A DNA stretch of 42,743 nt from a virus (Duplodnaviria > Caudoviricetes): IMG/VR virus record IMGVR_UViG_3300008052_000004, positions 1 to 42,743 of that record; one strand, written 5' to 3'. Each line of letters begins with the position of its first letter. Within the stretch, counting starts at the first letter, position 1. Positions 1 through 9,255 of this stretch are shown here, in pieces. A program made the translations under genes and the position numbers. The notes beneath the pieces were generated by a model that did not search any database, was not told the DNA's origin, and was given only the letters and a program-made list of their open reading frames with translations.

Positions 1-1
1 G

Positions 2-30
2 TTGACAAACCAAGACACATTGCTTATATT
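2..30 (+). promoter_or_regulatory. sigma70-type early promoter
   Basis: TTGACA (2-7), 17-bp spacer, TATATT (25-30); an AAGGA RBS precedes the ORF at 62. Confidence 0.8.
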
Positions 31-39
31 AGTATTGTA
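11..39 (+). repeat. 29-bp direct repeat, copy 1 (promoter core)
   Basis: CAAGACACATTGCTTATATTAGTATTGTA, identical to 674-702. Confidence 0.9.
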
Positions 40-61
40 GGAAGCAAAAGGAACCTAGCTC

Positions 62-286
62 ATGATGACCTTCGAAGAGATCAGCAAAGACCACTTTATC
101 GCTACCAATAGCATCAAATCAGTTCGTATCTCAAAAGTATACGGCGGTAACTGGATGTTGTTTACTCCTGAAGGTCGGTTGCTTGACGAGTTCACTTCTG
201 CCGGTCCTTTTGTAGAATTTGAAGCTGCTAAACGCAATGCAGAAATGAATGTTGGTATGTATATCAAGTTTGAGGAGACTGTATAA
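62..286 (+). CDS. small hypothetical early protein
   Basis: 74-aa ORF after promoter and RBS; TAATG coupling to the next ORF. Confidence 0.75.
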   Translation: MMTFEEISKDHFIATNSIKSVRISKVYGGNWMLFTPEGRLLDEFTSAGPFVEFEAAKRNAEMNVGMYIKFEETV

Positions 287-393
287 TGTCCTACAATAAA
301 GAAGCAGTTGAGAAGGCAATCAAAACTTCTCGAAAGCCTATCTCTGGTAAAGAAGCAAAACTCATTCATGCTCTACTGAAAGGTCGCAAATAA
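286..393 (+). CDS. 35-aa hypothetical early protein (MSYNKEAVEKAIK...)
   Basis: Read manually; GAGGAG RBS; TAATG overlaps at both ends. Confidence 0.7.
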   Translation: MSYNKEAVEKAIKTSRKPISGKEAKLIHALLKGRK

Positions 394-524
394 TGTATCG
401 TGTAAACTTTAACATGGCTGGCTTCGTGTTTGACGAATATTTTGATGATTACGCTGATGCACAATCGTTTGCAAAAGATCGACAAGCAGTTGGGTTCCAA
501 ACCCTAATCACAAAGGTAAAATAA
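393..524 (+). CDS. 43-aa hypothetical early protein (MYRVNFNMAG...)
   Basis: Read manually; TAATG translational coupling. Confidence 0.6.
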   Translation: MYRVNFNMAGFVFDEYFDDYADAQSFAKDRQAVGFQTLITKVK

Positions 525-525
525 C

Positions 526-660
526 ATGGCATATTACGTTCGTGTAGATGGTGAGATTGTATTAATTGCTACTCGTAAATCTGATGTTGACGATTTGGTA
601 AGATCAATGAAATTCGACCCAACTATAAAATCAAAAAAAGTTACAGTTTCTGAAGAATAA
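526..660 (+). CDS. 44-aa hypothetical early protein (MAYYVRVDGE...)
   Basis: Read manually; AAGG upstream; fills the gap up to the next promoter. Confidence 0.6.
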   Translation: MAYYVRVDGEIVLIATRKSDVDDLVRSMKFDPTIKSKKVTVSEE

Positions 661-663
661 CTC

Positions 664-693
664 TTGACAATGTCAAGACACATTGCTTATATT
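664..693 (+). promoter_or_regulatory. sigma70-type early promoter
   Basis: TTGACA (664-669), 18-bp spacer, TATATT (688-693). Confidence 0.75.
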
Positions 694-702
694 AGTATTG
701 TA
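674..702 (+). repeat. 29-bp direct repeat, copy 2
   Basis: Identical to 11-39. Confidence 0.9.
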
Positions 703-727
703 AGCGTTAGAGAAAAGGACACGCGAA

Positions 728-943
728 ATGACTAAGATTGATACTAAAACTAAACTTGAATACGTTGCACTGATAATTGAAGAAGTTAAAAAACTTGGTT
801 CCGACTTTGTTTTCCGTAATCAGATTACTCACATGCTTCTTGACATGGGAATTGAACCTAATGGCTACATGTTCAAAAAACTTGAAGAAAGTTCATTAGT
901 CAATGAAAAAATCAAAGTCAAAGGCGCGGTCAAGTACGCTTAA
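728..943 (+). CDS. small hypothetical early protein
   Basis: 71-aa ORF with AAGGA RBS after the promoter; converges on the Nudix gene. Confidence 0.7.
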   Translation: MTKIDTKTKLEYVALIIEEVKKLGSDFVFRNQITHMLLDMGIEPNGYMFKKLEESSLVNEKIKVKGAVKYA

Positions 944-1392
944 TTGAAACTATCAAGCCAATTAGAACCATCCGCAGCACAGTTGTTGTGGATGGTTTTT
1001 ATTTTCTTTATGATATCTTTATTAAATAATTGTGCCTTAACACCAGGATGCAGTGGACGCGGCCAGTTACCAATTTTAACCCAGCAAAAGCCATCGCTTT
1101 CGTTATTCAATACTGGTACAAACTCTTCGTATACAGCGACAACAAAAGTATTGTAAGTAAACTTTTTATCAGGACTTGTAAACTTATTCAGCGGATAAAC
1201 TTTTTCCACACCTGGTAACATACCAATCTCTTCTTCTAGTTCACGCAATAATGTCTGTATAGGACGTTCAGCCTTCTCGCCCTTACCTCCAAAGAAGCCC
1301 CAGGTGCGAGGGTGACTAGATTCATTACTACGCTGTTGTAGCATAACACGCCCAGTATCAACTGCTAAAAATAAACAACCACTGGCTTGCAA
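940..1392 (-). CDS. Nudix hydrolase
   Basis: Nudix box GKGEKAERPIQTLLRELEEEIG preceded by WGFFG; TTG start. Confidence 0.9.
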   Translation of the reverse strand: MQASGCLFLAVDTGRVMLQQRSNESSHPRTWGFFGGKGEKAERPIQTLLRELEEEIGMLPGVEKVYPLNKFTSPDKKFTYNTFVVAVYEEFVPVLNNESDGFCWVKIGNWPRPLHPGVKAQLFNKDIIKKIKTIHNNCAADGSNWLDSFN

Positions 1393-1394
1393 TG

Positions 1395-2021
1395 TTACAC
1401 CTTAACCGCATTAGAATATATCATGGTTTTAAAATCTTGCCATTTGTACATTGCGTTTGATCTATGCAGTGGCATATACCAAAACCAATAAGTAGTACCA
1501 AAATCATTAAACTTGCTAGTGTTCATATGACCAGGCATATCTTGCTTATTCCAGAACATCTCTTCCATACGTTGATATATAAGTTTCGCATGATAATTGG
1601 TTATCTGCATCGGTTCTAAATCAAGTAACGACTCTTCTATTTCTATATCATCCCTAGTTTCGTGTAATTCTCTAATAAAACCAAAACTATTTACGTCTCT
1701 AGATAATTGATGCCTGTTATTATTTAATATAGTTTCTAATGCATATTCAGGTCGTTCATAAGTAATAGGAGATTTAGTTATTATAACTTTTGATACGTTT
1801 GGATATTCATCTACTAGAGCCGCAATATGTATTGGCAAAAAAATTAAATTAAAAAAACTAATTTCTATATGTACTACATCAACAGACGGCATCACTTCTA
1901 CTAACCAGTCTTGACTATTCTCATAAAAATCAGGACCTTGGCGTGCTAGCATTTCATGTATACACATATGCCCTAGATAATCTATATGATTTAATCCATT
2001 CTCGTCTGTCCAGTATGCCAT
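1395..2021 (-). CDS. AT-rich hypothetical protein
   Basis: Long ORF; start moved to the ATG at 2021 (TAATG overlap with the gp15-like stop, GGAGG upstream). Confidence 0.7.
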   Translation of the reverse strand: MAYWTDENGLNHIDYLGHMCIHEMLARQGPDFYENSQDWLVEVMPSVDVVHIEISFFNLIFLPIHIAALVDEYPNVSKVIITKSPITYERPEYALETILNNNRHQLSRDVNSFGFIRELHETRDDIEIEESLLDLEPMQITNYHAKLIYQRMEEMFWNKQDMPGHMNTSKFNDFGTTYWFWYMPLHRSNAMYKWQDFKTMIYSNAVKV

Positions 2022-3379
2022 TATAGATATATCCTCCAATAACCCGCCTTATAAACACCTTCGTAACTGTTGAACCAGTCAGTGCCATTCCACTCCAATT
2101 GGTCAGCTGACGTAGCGTTATAAACATAATGTTGCCCACTAATACTTGAAGCATCAAAAACAACAATCCAGCCGCTGCCGTTGTACTGAACTATATCATT
2201 AACTTTACCATCAACAGCACCCCAAGCCCCGCCAGTTGGCATATCACTCTGTAACAAATATCTCTGTCCTGCTTCCGCCACTGGCACAACTCCATCTCCT
2301 GGAAAGTTTCTAGCAGGATTAATAACACCTGTAATTGGCGATAGTGTGTTTGACGGTAATGTATCAACATCAATGTCAACTATTAATGCATTAGGATCAG
2401 TAGGATGATAACTCAAACGTCCAATGATGTCGTTATCTGTGTCTCCTGGATTATTTGATTTACGCAGACGGAGTTGACTAATACCTTCTCGTAATGCACC
2501 AAACGGTATTAGAGCATTTTGCCATTCAAGAGTGTTGCCACCATCATCAGTTGTTACACCGGCGCTGTTTAACAAGTAGGCATTTCCGTCAATATAACGC
2601 AACTTACGATCTTCAAATGTTATGACAGTATATTGTAGTGTTGAAGTATCAAATGGCTCTTGATTTTTAAACGCATCTAAATCAGCATCATCAAGGTTAT
2701 ACAGTTCATTTAAAACAGTGTGAATAAGTTTTTGTTGCTTTACTTTCGCAGGCGGGTTAATCCAGATAGGCATTTCAAATGTAAGTGTAGCAACATCAAT
2801 AATATCGTCAATACTACTGCCAACACTGCGACTGCTCCAGATGGTGTTTGTCATTTCAACATACGCAAGTCTTGACCAATCAAGCCCATTGCTGGTTGTC
2901 TGAATGTTTAGTGTTGGGTTAAACAGTACAAGTATCTGCTCAAGTAATTGTAATTTCTGATCAGTATTACTGGTCCAGACATCACAATTCATTACCAGCT
3001 TATAAGGAACTGGCATGTGTCTTTCAACAGTATATGTTCTACCTACCTCATTTAAATACTCACCAGTGGCTGGATCAATCTTCTTTTCATATATTGGTAA
3101 TTTTTCTATATGTGTTTGGTCCATGCGATATGATGGACTCATGTCTAAACTTGTCACATAGCAGCTTACAAACGGAACAGTGTTGGTAACGTTCTCGCTG
3201 TTTTCACGCTGAATGTGTGCTGCCATACGGCTAATATCACCATAACGAACAGGCACCTTTTGAAAGATCGGAAACCGATCATCGCTAACACCCATTTGCA
3301 CACTAAATCCACTAAACAAGCGAATGAACTGTTGGATATATCTGCGTATTTGTTTATCGTAAAAGTAATCTGCCATCAT
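2021..3379 (-). CDS. tail completion / sheath stabilizer (T4 gp15-like) with C-terminal extension
   Basis: N-terminal YFYDKQIRRY..QF...F, VPVRYG, PVPY and LEQILVLFNP motifs typical of gp15; next to the gp14-like gene. Confidence 0.8.
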   Translation of the reverse strand: MMADYFYDKQIRRYIQQFIRLFSGFSVQMGVSDDRFPIFQKVPVRYGDISRMAAHIQRENSENVTNTVPFVSCYVTSLDMSPSYRMDQTHIEKLPIYEKKIDPATGEYLNEVGRTYTVERHMPVPYKLVMNCDVWTSNTDQKLQLLEQILVLFNPTLNIQTTSNGLDWSRLAYVEMTNTIWSSRSVGSSIDDIIDVATLTFEMPIWINPPAKVKQQKLIHTVLNELYNLDDADLDAFKNQEPFDTSTLQYTVITFEDRKLRYIDGNAYLLNSAGVTTDDGGNTLEWQNALIPFGALREGISQLRLRKSNNPGDTDNDIIGRLSYHPTDPNALIVDIDVDTLPSNTLSPITGVINPARNFPGDGVVPVAEAGQRYLLQSDMPTGGAWGAVDGKVNDIVQYNGSGWIVVFDASSISGQHYVYNATSADQLEWNGTDWFNSYEGVYKAGYWRIYL

Positions 3380-4443
3380 TCAAAATCCGTCTTTGGTGTT
3401 ATAACTTGACTCAGTGGCTGACGTTCTGGGAACTCTTGATTGTCCACAACAGTTGTGTTATTGTTGTTAATAAAGCTACCTGCGTTGTATGTTCTATCAC
3501 TCCAAGTAACATCGCTAATATTGTCGTATAGTCTATGCCAACGACTACCACGGAATACAAACAATCTGTTTGGAGTAAAGTCTGTTCTTATAAAGTAATC
3601 GCCATCGTTTGGCTCCTGTGGGAACTGATCGCCAGTCTGAATAGTTTCGCCATGATCATATTCTTCAGTGGTATCTGCTACTCCAAACAAATGTTCAGCC
3701 AGTGGAATACCCAGTGGATCAGCAGCCTCAGCACTTGCTACAATAGCATCACTAATATTGATCTCTGTTTTGTAGCTACTAATTTTGTTCTTTAAGCTAT
3801 CTGGATCACCAGCAGTACCAAGAATGTCAGCGTATTCTTGTGTATCTGTAAGTGGGCTAACTTTAACCCGCCAGATATGCGGATACCAGGTCTGACTAAA
3901 ACCTTCACTACCACGGTTGGCGTCCTGTACTACATAAAACTTGTTTACAGCATCACGATCATGATTTAACAGCAAGTCATCACGCAAGTGCGGCAACTCA
4001 AATACATCACCTGGCATAATCTTACGACCTAACTTTTCAACCATGTCGTTAATGTGGAATGTAATAAACAGTGTATCGTTTGTCAGGAACAACCCAAACT
4101 GGCTCAAGTCAAAATCATTGTCACTTACGTTGTATACGCCACGTAACTCATAAATGTCAGGATCATACTTGCGGTCACGATTTTCCATGAACAGTAGGTC
4201 TTGTATCTTTGTTTCGTTGATCCAGCCTTCTGGGTTGACTTCAATGCCAAGTGTAGGATCTAACTCCAGTCCACTGCCGTAGTTTGGTTCAGTAGGATCA
4301 TTGCTGTTAAGCGTTTGTTTTGGGCCAACATATTTGTGTATATGAACAGCAGTGCCGCCAATATCAAACTGCTCACGAATATTTCTATCCATGAACTTGT
4401 AATCGTTGCCCTTAAATGGTTTGTAGAGACTTAAACGTGGCAT
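3376..4443 (-). CDS. neck / head-closure protein (T4 gp14-like)
   Basis: LSQFGLFL..D.LFITF and PGDVFELPHL motifs; neck-gene context. Confidence 0.7.
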   Translation of the reverse strand: MPRLSLYKPFKGNDYKFMDRNIREQFDIGGTAVHIHKYVGPKQTLNSNDPTEPNYGSGLELDPTLGIEVNPEGWINETKIQDLLFMENRDRKYDPDIYELRGVYNVSDNDFDLSQFGLFLTNDTLFITFHINDMVEKLGRKIMPGDVFELPHLRDDLLLNHDRDAVNKFYVVQDANRGSEGFSQTWYPHIWRVKVSPLTDTQEYADILGTAGDPDSLKNKISSYKTEINISDAIVASAEAADPLGIPLAEHLFGVADTTEEYDHGETIQTGDQFPQEPNDGDYFIRTDFTPNRLFVFRGSRWHRLYDNISDVTWSDRTYNAGSFINNNNTTVVDNQEFPERQPLSQVITPKTDFE

Positions 4444-4461
4444 ATTTTTCCCCTTATATCG

Positions 4462-4469
4462 TATTTAGC
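4462..4469 (-). promoter_or_regulatory. late-type promoter variant (GCTAAATA)
   Basis: TAAATA core on the minus strand just upstream of the gp14-like RBS (AAGGGG). Confidence 0.55.
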
Positions 4470-4471
4470 TA

Positions 4472-4500
4472 TTGACAAGCATTACGTAATGCTTTATAGT
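4472..4500 (+). promoter_or_regulatory. sigma70-type promoter with an 18-bp palindrome over its spacer
   Basis: TTGACA-17-TATAGT; AAGCATTACGTAATGCTT at 4477-4494. Confidence 0.8.
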
Positions 4501-4530
4501 AAGATGTAAACAGAAACACTGGAGACTAAA

Positions 4531-5790
4531 ATGGCTAAAAGTATTGGTGTCAAGATCCCTAAGAAAAAACCACGTGCTAAAGTAAACCGCAAAACTGGCT
4601 TTGCTGATCCAGTGTGGACTGGGTGGGAACGCTGGAGCGGTGAGAAGTTTCACCGTGAAGTAGACCGTTTGAAGTTCATGTACTACAACCAGGTTGATCC
4701 AAAAGATCTGATGCCTAGCGTGTATCACTGGATGAAAGAAAACGGTTATACTCCCAAGCAGATCAAAGCAGCAAAGGCAGTTTGGATTAGCCCCAATGTT
4801 GCTATCCAAACCAAGCTACTGTCAACTGGTATGCCAGCATACAATCCCAAACACGCAGAATACTGGGAGTCACTTCCTGGTACTGGTGACGAGATGAAGC
4901 CTGTCACTGACTTTGTTAAAAAGTATGTTGACCAGGCTGTTGCTGAGGGCATGAGCAAAGTAGCTGAAGTTGAAGCAAAAGAAAAAGCCAAAGCTAAAAC
5001 GCATACTCCAAGCATTCAACAAGTTATGCGTGAAACAGCAGCCAACATGGCTGAAGCGATTGACGATGTAGTTGAGGACTTCATTCGCACTAATGATCCT
5101 GGCGTTGTAAAAGAGTTTGACCCAAAGTCAGTGCTTGTCAAAGTTCAAGCAAAAGCTAATCATGCTCGTATTATTCGTAAGTTTTACGAAGGCGACTATG
5201 CGGAGATGCAGCTCGTTAACAATGTACCCAGTGCCAGTCAGCTTAAAAAGATGACTGAAAAGGAGCAGGACGAGTGGGAACAGATCAAAGAAGGCTATTC
5301 CCACTATAGCACTGCCCAAAAGAAAGCAGCACTTGAACTGTTTAAGAAGATCATTGACGCTTGTGATATGATTATCGCAGAACAGAAAGTAACCAAGGCA
5401 CCGCGCAAGATTAAAGCCAAGAGCCCTGAACAACTGACTAGCAAACTCAAGTTTAAGATTAGCGATAACGATTTGGCTATTACTAGTGTACCACCTGCAC
5501 AGCTAATTGGTGCGGTTGCGGCAGTAGTGTATAACACTAAGAATCGTAAACTGGGTGTTTATATTGCTGAAGATGAAGCTGGGTTTGATGTTAAAGGCAC
5601 CAGCCTAACTGGCTACAATGAAAAGACTAGCCAGCAAAAGACATTGCGCAAACCAGCGGAAGTAGTGGGCAAGTTTAAGAAAACAACCAAACCCAAGATG
5701 TTGCGAGAGTTTGCGGACATTAAGACTACTGAAACATTGCTCAATGGCCGCTTTAACGAAGAGACGATTATCCTAGCAGTGTTTAAGTAA
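4531..5790 (+). CDS. hypothetical protein, Lys-rich, 419 aa
   Basis: Long ORF with GGAG RBS, its own promoter and its own terminator. Confidence 0.85.
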   Translation: MAKSIGVKIPKKKPRAKVNRKTGFADPVWTGWERWSGEKFHREVDRLKFMYYNQVDPKDLMPSVYHWMKENGYTPKQIKAAKAVWISPNVAIQTKLLSTGMPAYNPKHAEYWESLPGTGDEMKPVTDFVKKYVDQAVAEGMSKVAEVEAKEKAKAKTHTPSIQQVMRETAANMAEAIDDVVEDFIRTNDPGVVKEFDPKSVLVKVQAKANHARIIRKFYEGDYAEMQLVNNVPSASQLKKMTEKEQDEWEQIKEGYSHYSTAQKKAALELFKKIIDACDMIIAEQKVTKAPRKIKAKSPEQLTSKLKFKISDNDLAITSVPPAQLIGAVAAVVYNTKNRKLGVYIAEDEAGFDVKGTSLTGYNEKTSQQKTLRKPAEVVGKFKKTTKPKMLREFADIKTTETLLNGRFNEETIILAVFK

Positions 5791-5813
5791 AACAACCACA
5801 TATACTAAGACGT

Positions 5814-5836
5814 AGGGAGGCTCACGCCTCCCTTTT
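5814..5836 (+). terminator. intrinsic terminator
   Basis: AGGGAGGC-TCAC-GCCTCCCT followed by T run. Confidence 0.8.
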
Positions 5837-5838
5837 CT

Positions 5839-5846
5839 TATAAATA
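5839..5846 (+). promoter_or_regulatory. T4-like late promoter
   Basis: TATAAATA upstream of the neck gene. Confidence 0.8.
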
Positions 5847-5864
5847 GTAGTAAGGAGATCTATT

Positions 5865-6605
5865 ATGAGCGCAAAAAATGATTTGATCAAAGAAATGGAA
5901 CTACGCCTTGGTGGCGGCATGGTTGATGTAGAGCTTGACCCAGAGCATTACGAATTGGCTATTAAAAAGAGTTTAGCAAAATATCGTCAACGTGCAGAAA
6001 ACGCAGTTGAGGAAAGTTTTGTATTTCTACCAGCAGTTTCAGAAGTCAACGAATACACATTGCCAAACGAAGTAACTGAGGTTAAAGACATTTATCGCAG
6101 AACTTCTGGTGGCATGGGTATTGGTAGCGGTAGTGATTTTGAACCATTCTATGCCTCATATATGAATTCATATCTACTGGGATCTGCAAGAGCAGGCGGG
6201 TTAGCATCTTATGATTTCCTTATGCAAAACCGCGAAACTATGGGTAGGCTGTTCGGATCAGAGATATTGTTCACATGGCGCCCACAAGATCACCGCATTA
6301 TCCTACATCGTAAGCTAAAAACGGACGAAACACTAGTGTTGCACGTTTACAACTATCGTCCAGACGATAACTTGCTAAACGATAACTATGCTGGTCCATG
6401 GATCAAAGACTATGCGTTTGCACACGTTAAGTTAATGCTAGCTGAAGCACGTGGCAAGTTTAGTCAGATCGCAGGCCCACAGGGCGGTACAACAATGAAC
6501 GCCGATACACTACGCAGCGATGCACAGGCAGAGATGGACAAGTTAGAAGTAGAGCTAACATTGTACAATGATGGTAGTGCAGGATTAGGCTTTATTATTG
6601 GATAA
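5865..6605 (+). CDS. neck protein (T4 gp13-like)
   Basis: LRLGGGMVDVEL, WIKDYAFA..K..L...RGKF and GPQGG..MN motifs. Confidence 0.85.
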   Translation: MSAKNDLIKEMELRLGGGMVDVELDPEHYELAIKKSLAKYRQRAENAVEESFVFLPAVSEVNEYTLPNEVTEVKDIYRRTSGGMGIGSGSDFEPFYASYMNSYLLGSARAGGLASYDFLMQNRETMGRLFGSEILFTWRPQDHRIILHRKLKTDETLVLHVYNYRPDDNLLNDNYAGPWIKDYAFAHVKLMLAEARGKFSQIAGPQGGTTMNADTLRSDAQAEMDKLEVELTLYNDGSAGLGFIIG

Positions 6606-6649
6606 ACTGCTAAGTTAACCCTATTTCAGCGTGTTTTTCGGGGGTCTGC

Positions 6650-6657
6650 TATAAATA
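6650..6657 (+). promoter_or_regulatory. T4-like late promoter
   Basis: TATAAATA followed by GTAGTA, as at 5839. Confidence 0.8.
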
Positions 6658-6714
6658 GTAGTAGAACATAGATTCTCGAATTTACATGTAAAAAGATAAG
6701 GAGAACTTTAAAAA

Positions 6715-9147
6715 ATGGCAAATCTAGTTTCACCTGGAGTACAGGTTTCAGTAACAGATGAGTCAGTTTACGGTCCAGCAGGTTCAGGCACAGTACCAAT
6801 GTTATTCATTGCTACTGGCGAAAACAAAGCAGACCCAACTGGCACAGAAGCTGACGGTATCGCTAAGTATACCAAAGCATCACAAGCCGGAAAACCAGTC
6901 CTTGTCACATCACAACGCGAACTAACACAATACTTTGGGAATGTCGACTTCCGCAAAGTAGCTGGATCAGTAGTGCAGGGTGACGAAACAAACGACTACG
7001 GTCTTCTAGCAGCATATTCTTTCCTAGGTCAAAGTTCAGCAGCGTACATTGTACGTGCAAACGTTGACACAGCAGCACTACGTCCACAATCAAGTGAGCC
7101 AGTAGGTCCAGCTGCAAACAATACATACTGGCTAAATCCAGCAAATACATCATATGGTTTATTTGTATACAATGGTTCTAGCTGGGTATTACAAACACCA
7201 ACAGTAGAAATCACAACAGGCGGCGGCGGCCCATCAGTGACAGTAGTTAATGGTAATTACCTAGTAGTAATTGATAATGGCGCAACATCAACAGAAATTT
7301 CATACTGGATTGGTCAAGGCGGCAATTGGGTAGCCCTAGACAGCACATGGAACGGCGGCGGCGCCCTAAGTGCAACTTATGCACCACACTATTCACAACC
7401 AGCAGCCGCCGTCGCAGGCGATGTTTGGGTTAAAACAACTCAGCCAGGTGGTGGTCTAGACTTAGATCTAAGTCTATATACTACATCAGCAGGTGATTTT
7501 ATCCAACAACAAGTTCTATATGTACAAACTGCAAGTCCATCTGGTGCGTCATCAGACGTATTCCAAGATGGTAGTGTTGGCGCAACACGTAATTTATTAG
7601 AAGGTGATATTTGGGTATCAGTTCTTGATGGTGCATTGGGCATTGCTCGCTATGATGCTACAAATTCAGAGTGGGATGATATCGCAACTGATGATTCAGT
7701 AGCAACAGGCGGATTTGTAATCGCAGTATCAACTTCAGAACCAGTAGGCAATCCTACTGACGGCACAGTTTGGTACGATCCAGATTTAAACCAACTAGAA
7801 GTTTTTGAAATTGCACTTGATGGTGGCGCAAATAAATGGGCGCGCATCGAAGCAGTAACATATAGTTCAGTAGCACCATCAGGTGCTACTGCTGGAGATT
7901 ATTGGGTTAATACAACTGGTGAATATCCAACCATTTATCGTCATAATGGTGCTGACTGGGTACTAAAAGATAACACAGACCAAGCAACAAATGCTGGCGT
8001 AGTATTTGGTGATATCTATGCAGATGAAACAAATGCTGGCGATTATGTTGCATCAGTTGATGTTCTACCAGGTGGTCCAAACCCACTAATCTTCCCAGTA
8101 GGAACAACAGGCATTAACATGTGCCGTTCAGGTGGTACAGTCCGTGTATACGATGCAAGTCTAGGTACAACTTGGAAATGGCGTAACCTAGCAGGCAATC
8201 ACGCAGACGGTTCAGGCGCATTTGGCCGCAAAGCACAGCGTAAAGTTGTCGTTACAGCAATGCAAGCAAGTGCAAGTGGCACAGAGCTACGTGAAGATAC
8301 AGTACAATTCCGTCTACTAGCAGCACCAGGTTACCCAGAACTATTTGACGAAATGGTAGCACTAAACAGTGATCGTAACGAAACAGCATTTGTTATTGTT
8401 GACGCACCATTCCGTGCTAACCCAACAGCAGCAATTGCTTGGGTACAAGGCACAAGTGCAACTGAAAACGGCGAAGATGGTCTAGTAGGACGCAGCACAT
8501 ATGCAGCAGCATACTATCCAAGTGTTCTAACAACCAACCCAGCAACTGGCGATAGTGTTGTTGCTCCAGCATCACACAGTGTACTTTACACATATGCTTA
8601 CAGCGATAACGTTTCATACCAATGGTTTGCGCCAGCTGGTTTGACACGCGGTGTTGTACAAAACGCTTCAAACGTTGGTTACATTAACGCAGAAGGTGAC
8701 TTTGTAGCAGTTTCACTAACACAAGGTTCACGTGATACAATGTATGAAAACAAGCTAAACCCAATTGCTCGTTTCCCAGCAGAAGGCATTATCGTGTTTG
8801 GTCAGAAGACACTAGCAGCAGGTGCAAGCGCACTAGACCGTGTAAACGTAGCACGTCTAACAGCTTACCTACGCGAGCGTTTTGCAGTTATTGGTCGTCC
8901 ATACTTGTTCGAACCAAATGACACAAGCACACGTAGAAACGCAAAAGGCACATTTGATGGCTTCATGGGCAATATTCTAGCACAGCGCGGTGTATACGAC
9001 TTTGCTGTTGTATGTGATGAAACAAACAACACACCAGCACGTATTGACCGTAATGAGCTATGGATTGATGTTGCAATTGAACCAACAAAAGCAGCGGAAT
9101 TCATCTACATTCCAATCCGCATTGTTAACACAGGCGAACTAAGCTAA
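6715..9147 (+). CDS. contractile tail sheath protein (gp18-like)
   Basis: LVSPGVQV N-terminus; WFAPAGLTRG, GQKTL, LDRVNVARL, FEPND, CDETNNTP and EFIYIP motifs. Confidence 0.95.
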   Translation: MANLVSPGVQVSVTDESVYGPAGSGTVPMLFIATGENKADPTGTEADGIAKYTKASQAGKPVLVTSQRELTQYFGNVDFRKVAGSVVQGDETNDYGLLAAYSFLGQSSAAYIVRANVDTAALRPQSSEPVGPAANNTYWLNPANTSYGLFVYNGSSWVLQTPTVEITTGGGGPSVTVVNGNYLVVIDNGATSTEISYWIGQGGNWVALDSTWNGGGALSATYAPHYSQPAAAVAGDVWVKTTQPGGGLDLDLSLYTTSAGDFIQQQVLYVQTASPSGASSDVFQDGSVGATRNLLEGDIWVSVLDGALGIARYDATNSEWDDIATDDSVATGGFVIAVSTSEPVGNPTDGTVWYDPDLNQLEVFEIALDGGANKWARIEAVTYSSVAPSGATAGDYWVNTTGEYPTIYRHNGADWVLKDNTDQATNAGVVFGDIYADETNAGDYVASVDVLPGGPNPLIFPVGTTGINMCRSGGTVRVYDASLGTTWKWRNLAGNHADGSGAFGRKAQRKVVVTAMQASASGTELREDTVQFRLLAAPGYPELFDEMVALNSDRNETAFVIVDAPFRANPTAAIAWVQGTSATENGEDGLVGRSTYAAAYYPSVLTTNPATGDSVVAPASHSVLYTYAYSDNVSYQWFAPAGLTRGVVQNASNVGYINAEGDFVAVSLTQGSRDTMYENKLNPIARFPAEGIIVFGQKTLAAGASALDRVNVARLTAYLRERFAVIGRPYLFEPNDTSTRRNAKGTFDGFMGNILAQRGVYDFAVVCDETNNTPARIDRNELWIDVAIEPTKAAEFIYIPIRIVNTGELS

Positions 9148-9168
9148 AATATAGCTTAAAATTATAGT

Positions 9169-9202
9169 AAATAGGGCGGTAGAAATACTGCCCTATTTTT
9201 TT
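9169..9202 (+). terminator. intrinsic terminator
   Basis: AAATAGGGCGGTA-GAAA-TACTGCCCTATTT plus T run. Confidence 0.85.
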
Positions 9203-9212
9203 GAGCAAAAAG

Positions 9213-9220
9213 CATAAATA
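9213..9220 (+). promoter_or_regulatory. late-type promoter
   Basis: CATAAATA upstream of the tail tube gene. Confidence 0.7.
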
Positions 9221-9255
9221 CATTATATAAAACAAACCTTAAAGGAGATTTATAA

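Noticed and set aside
6681-6692. Palindrome TTTACATGTAAA in the sheath leader
   Set aside because: Short, AT-rich and single copy; likely chance.
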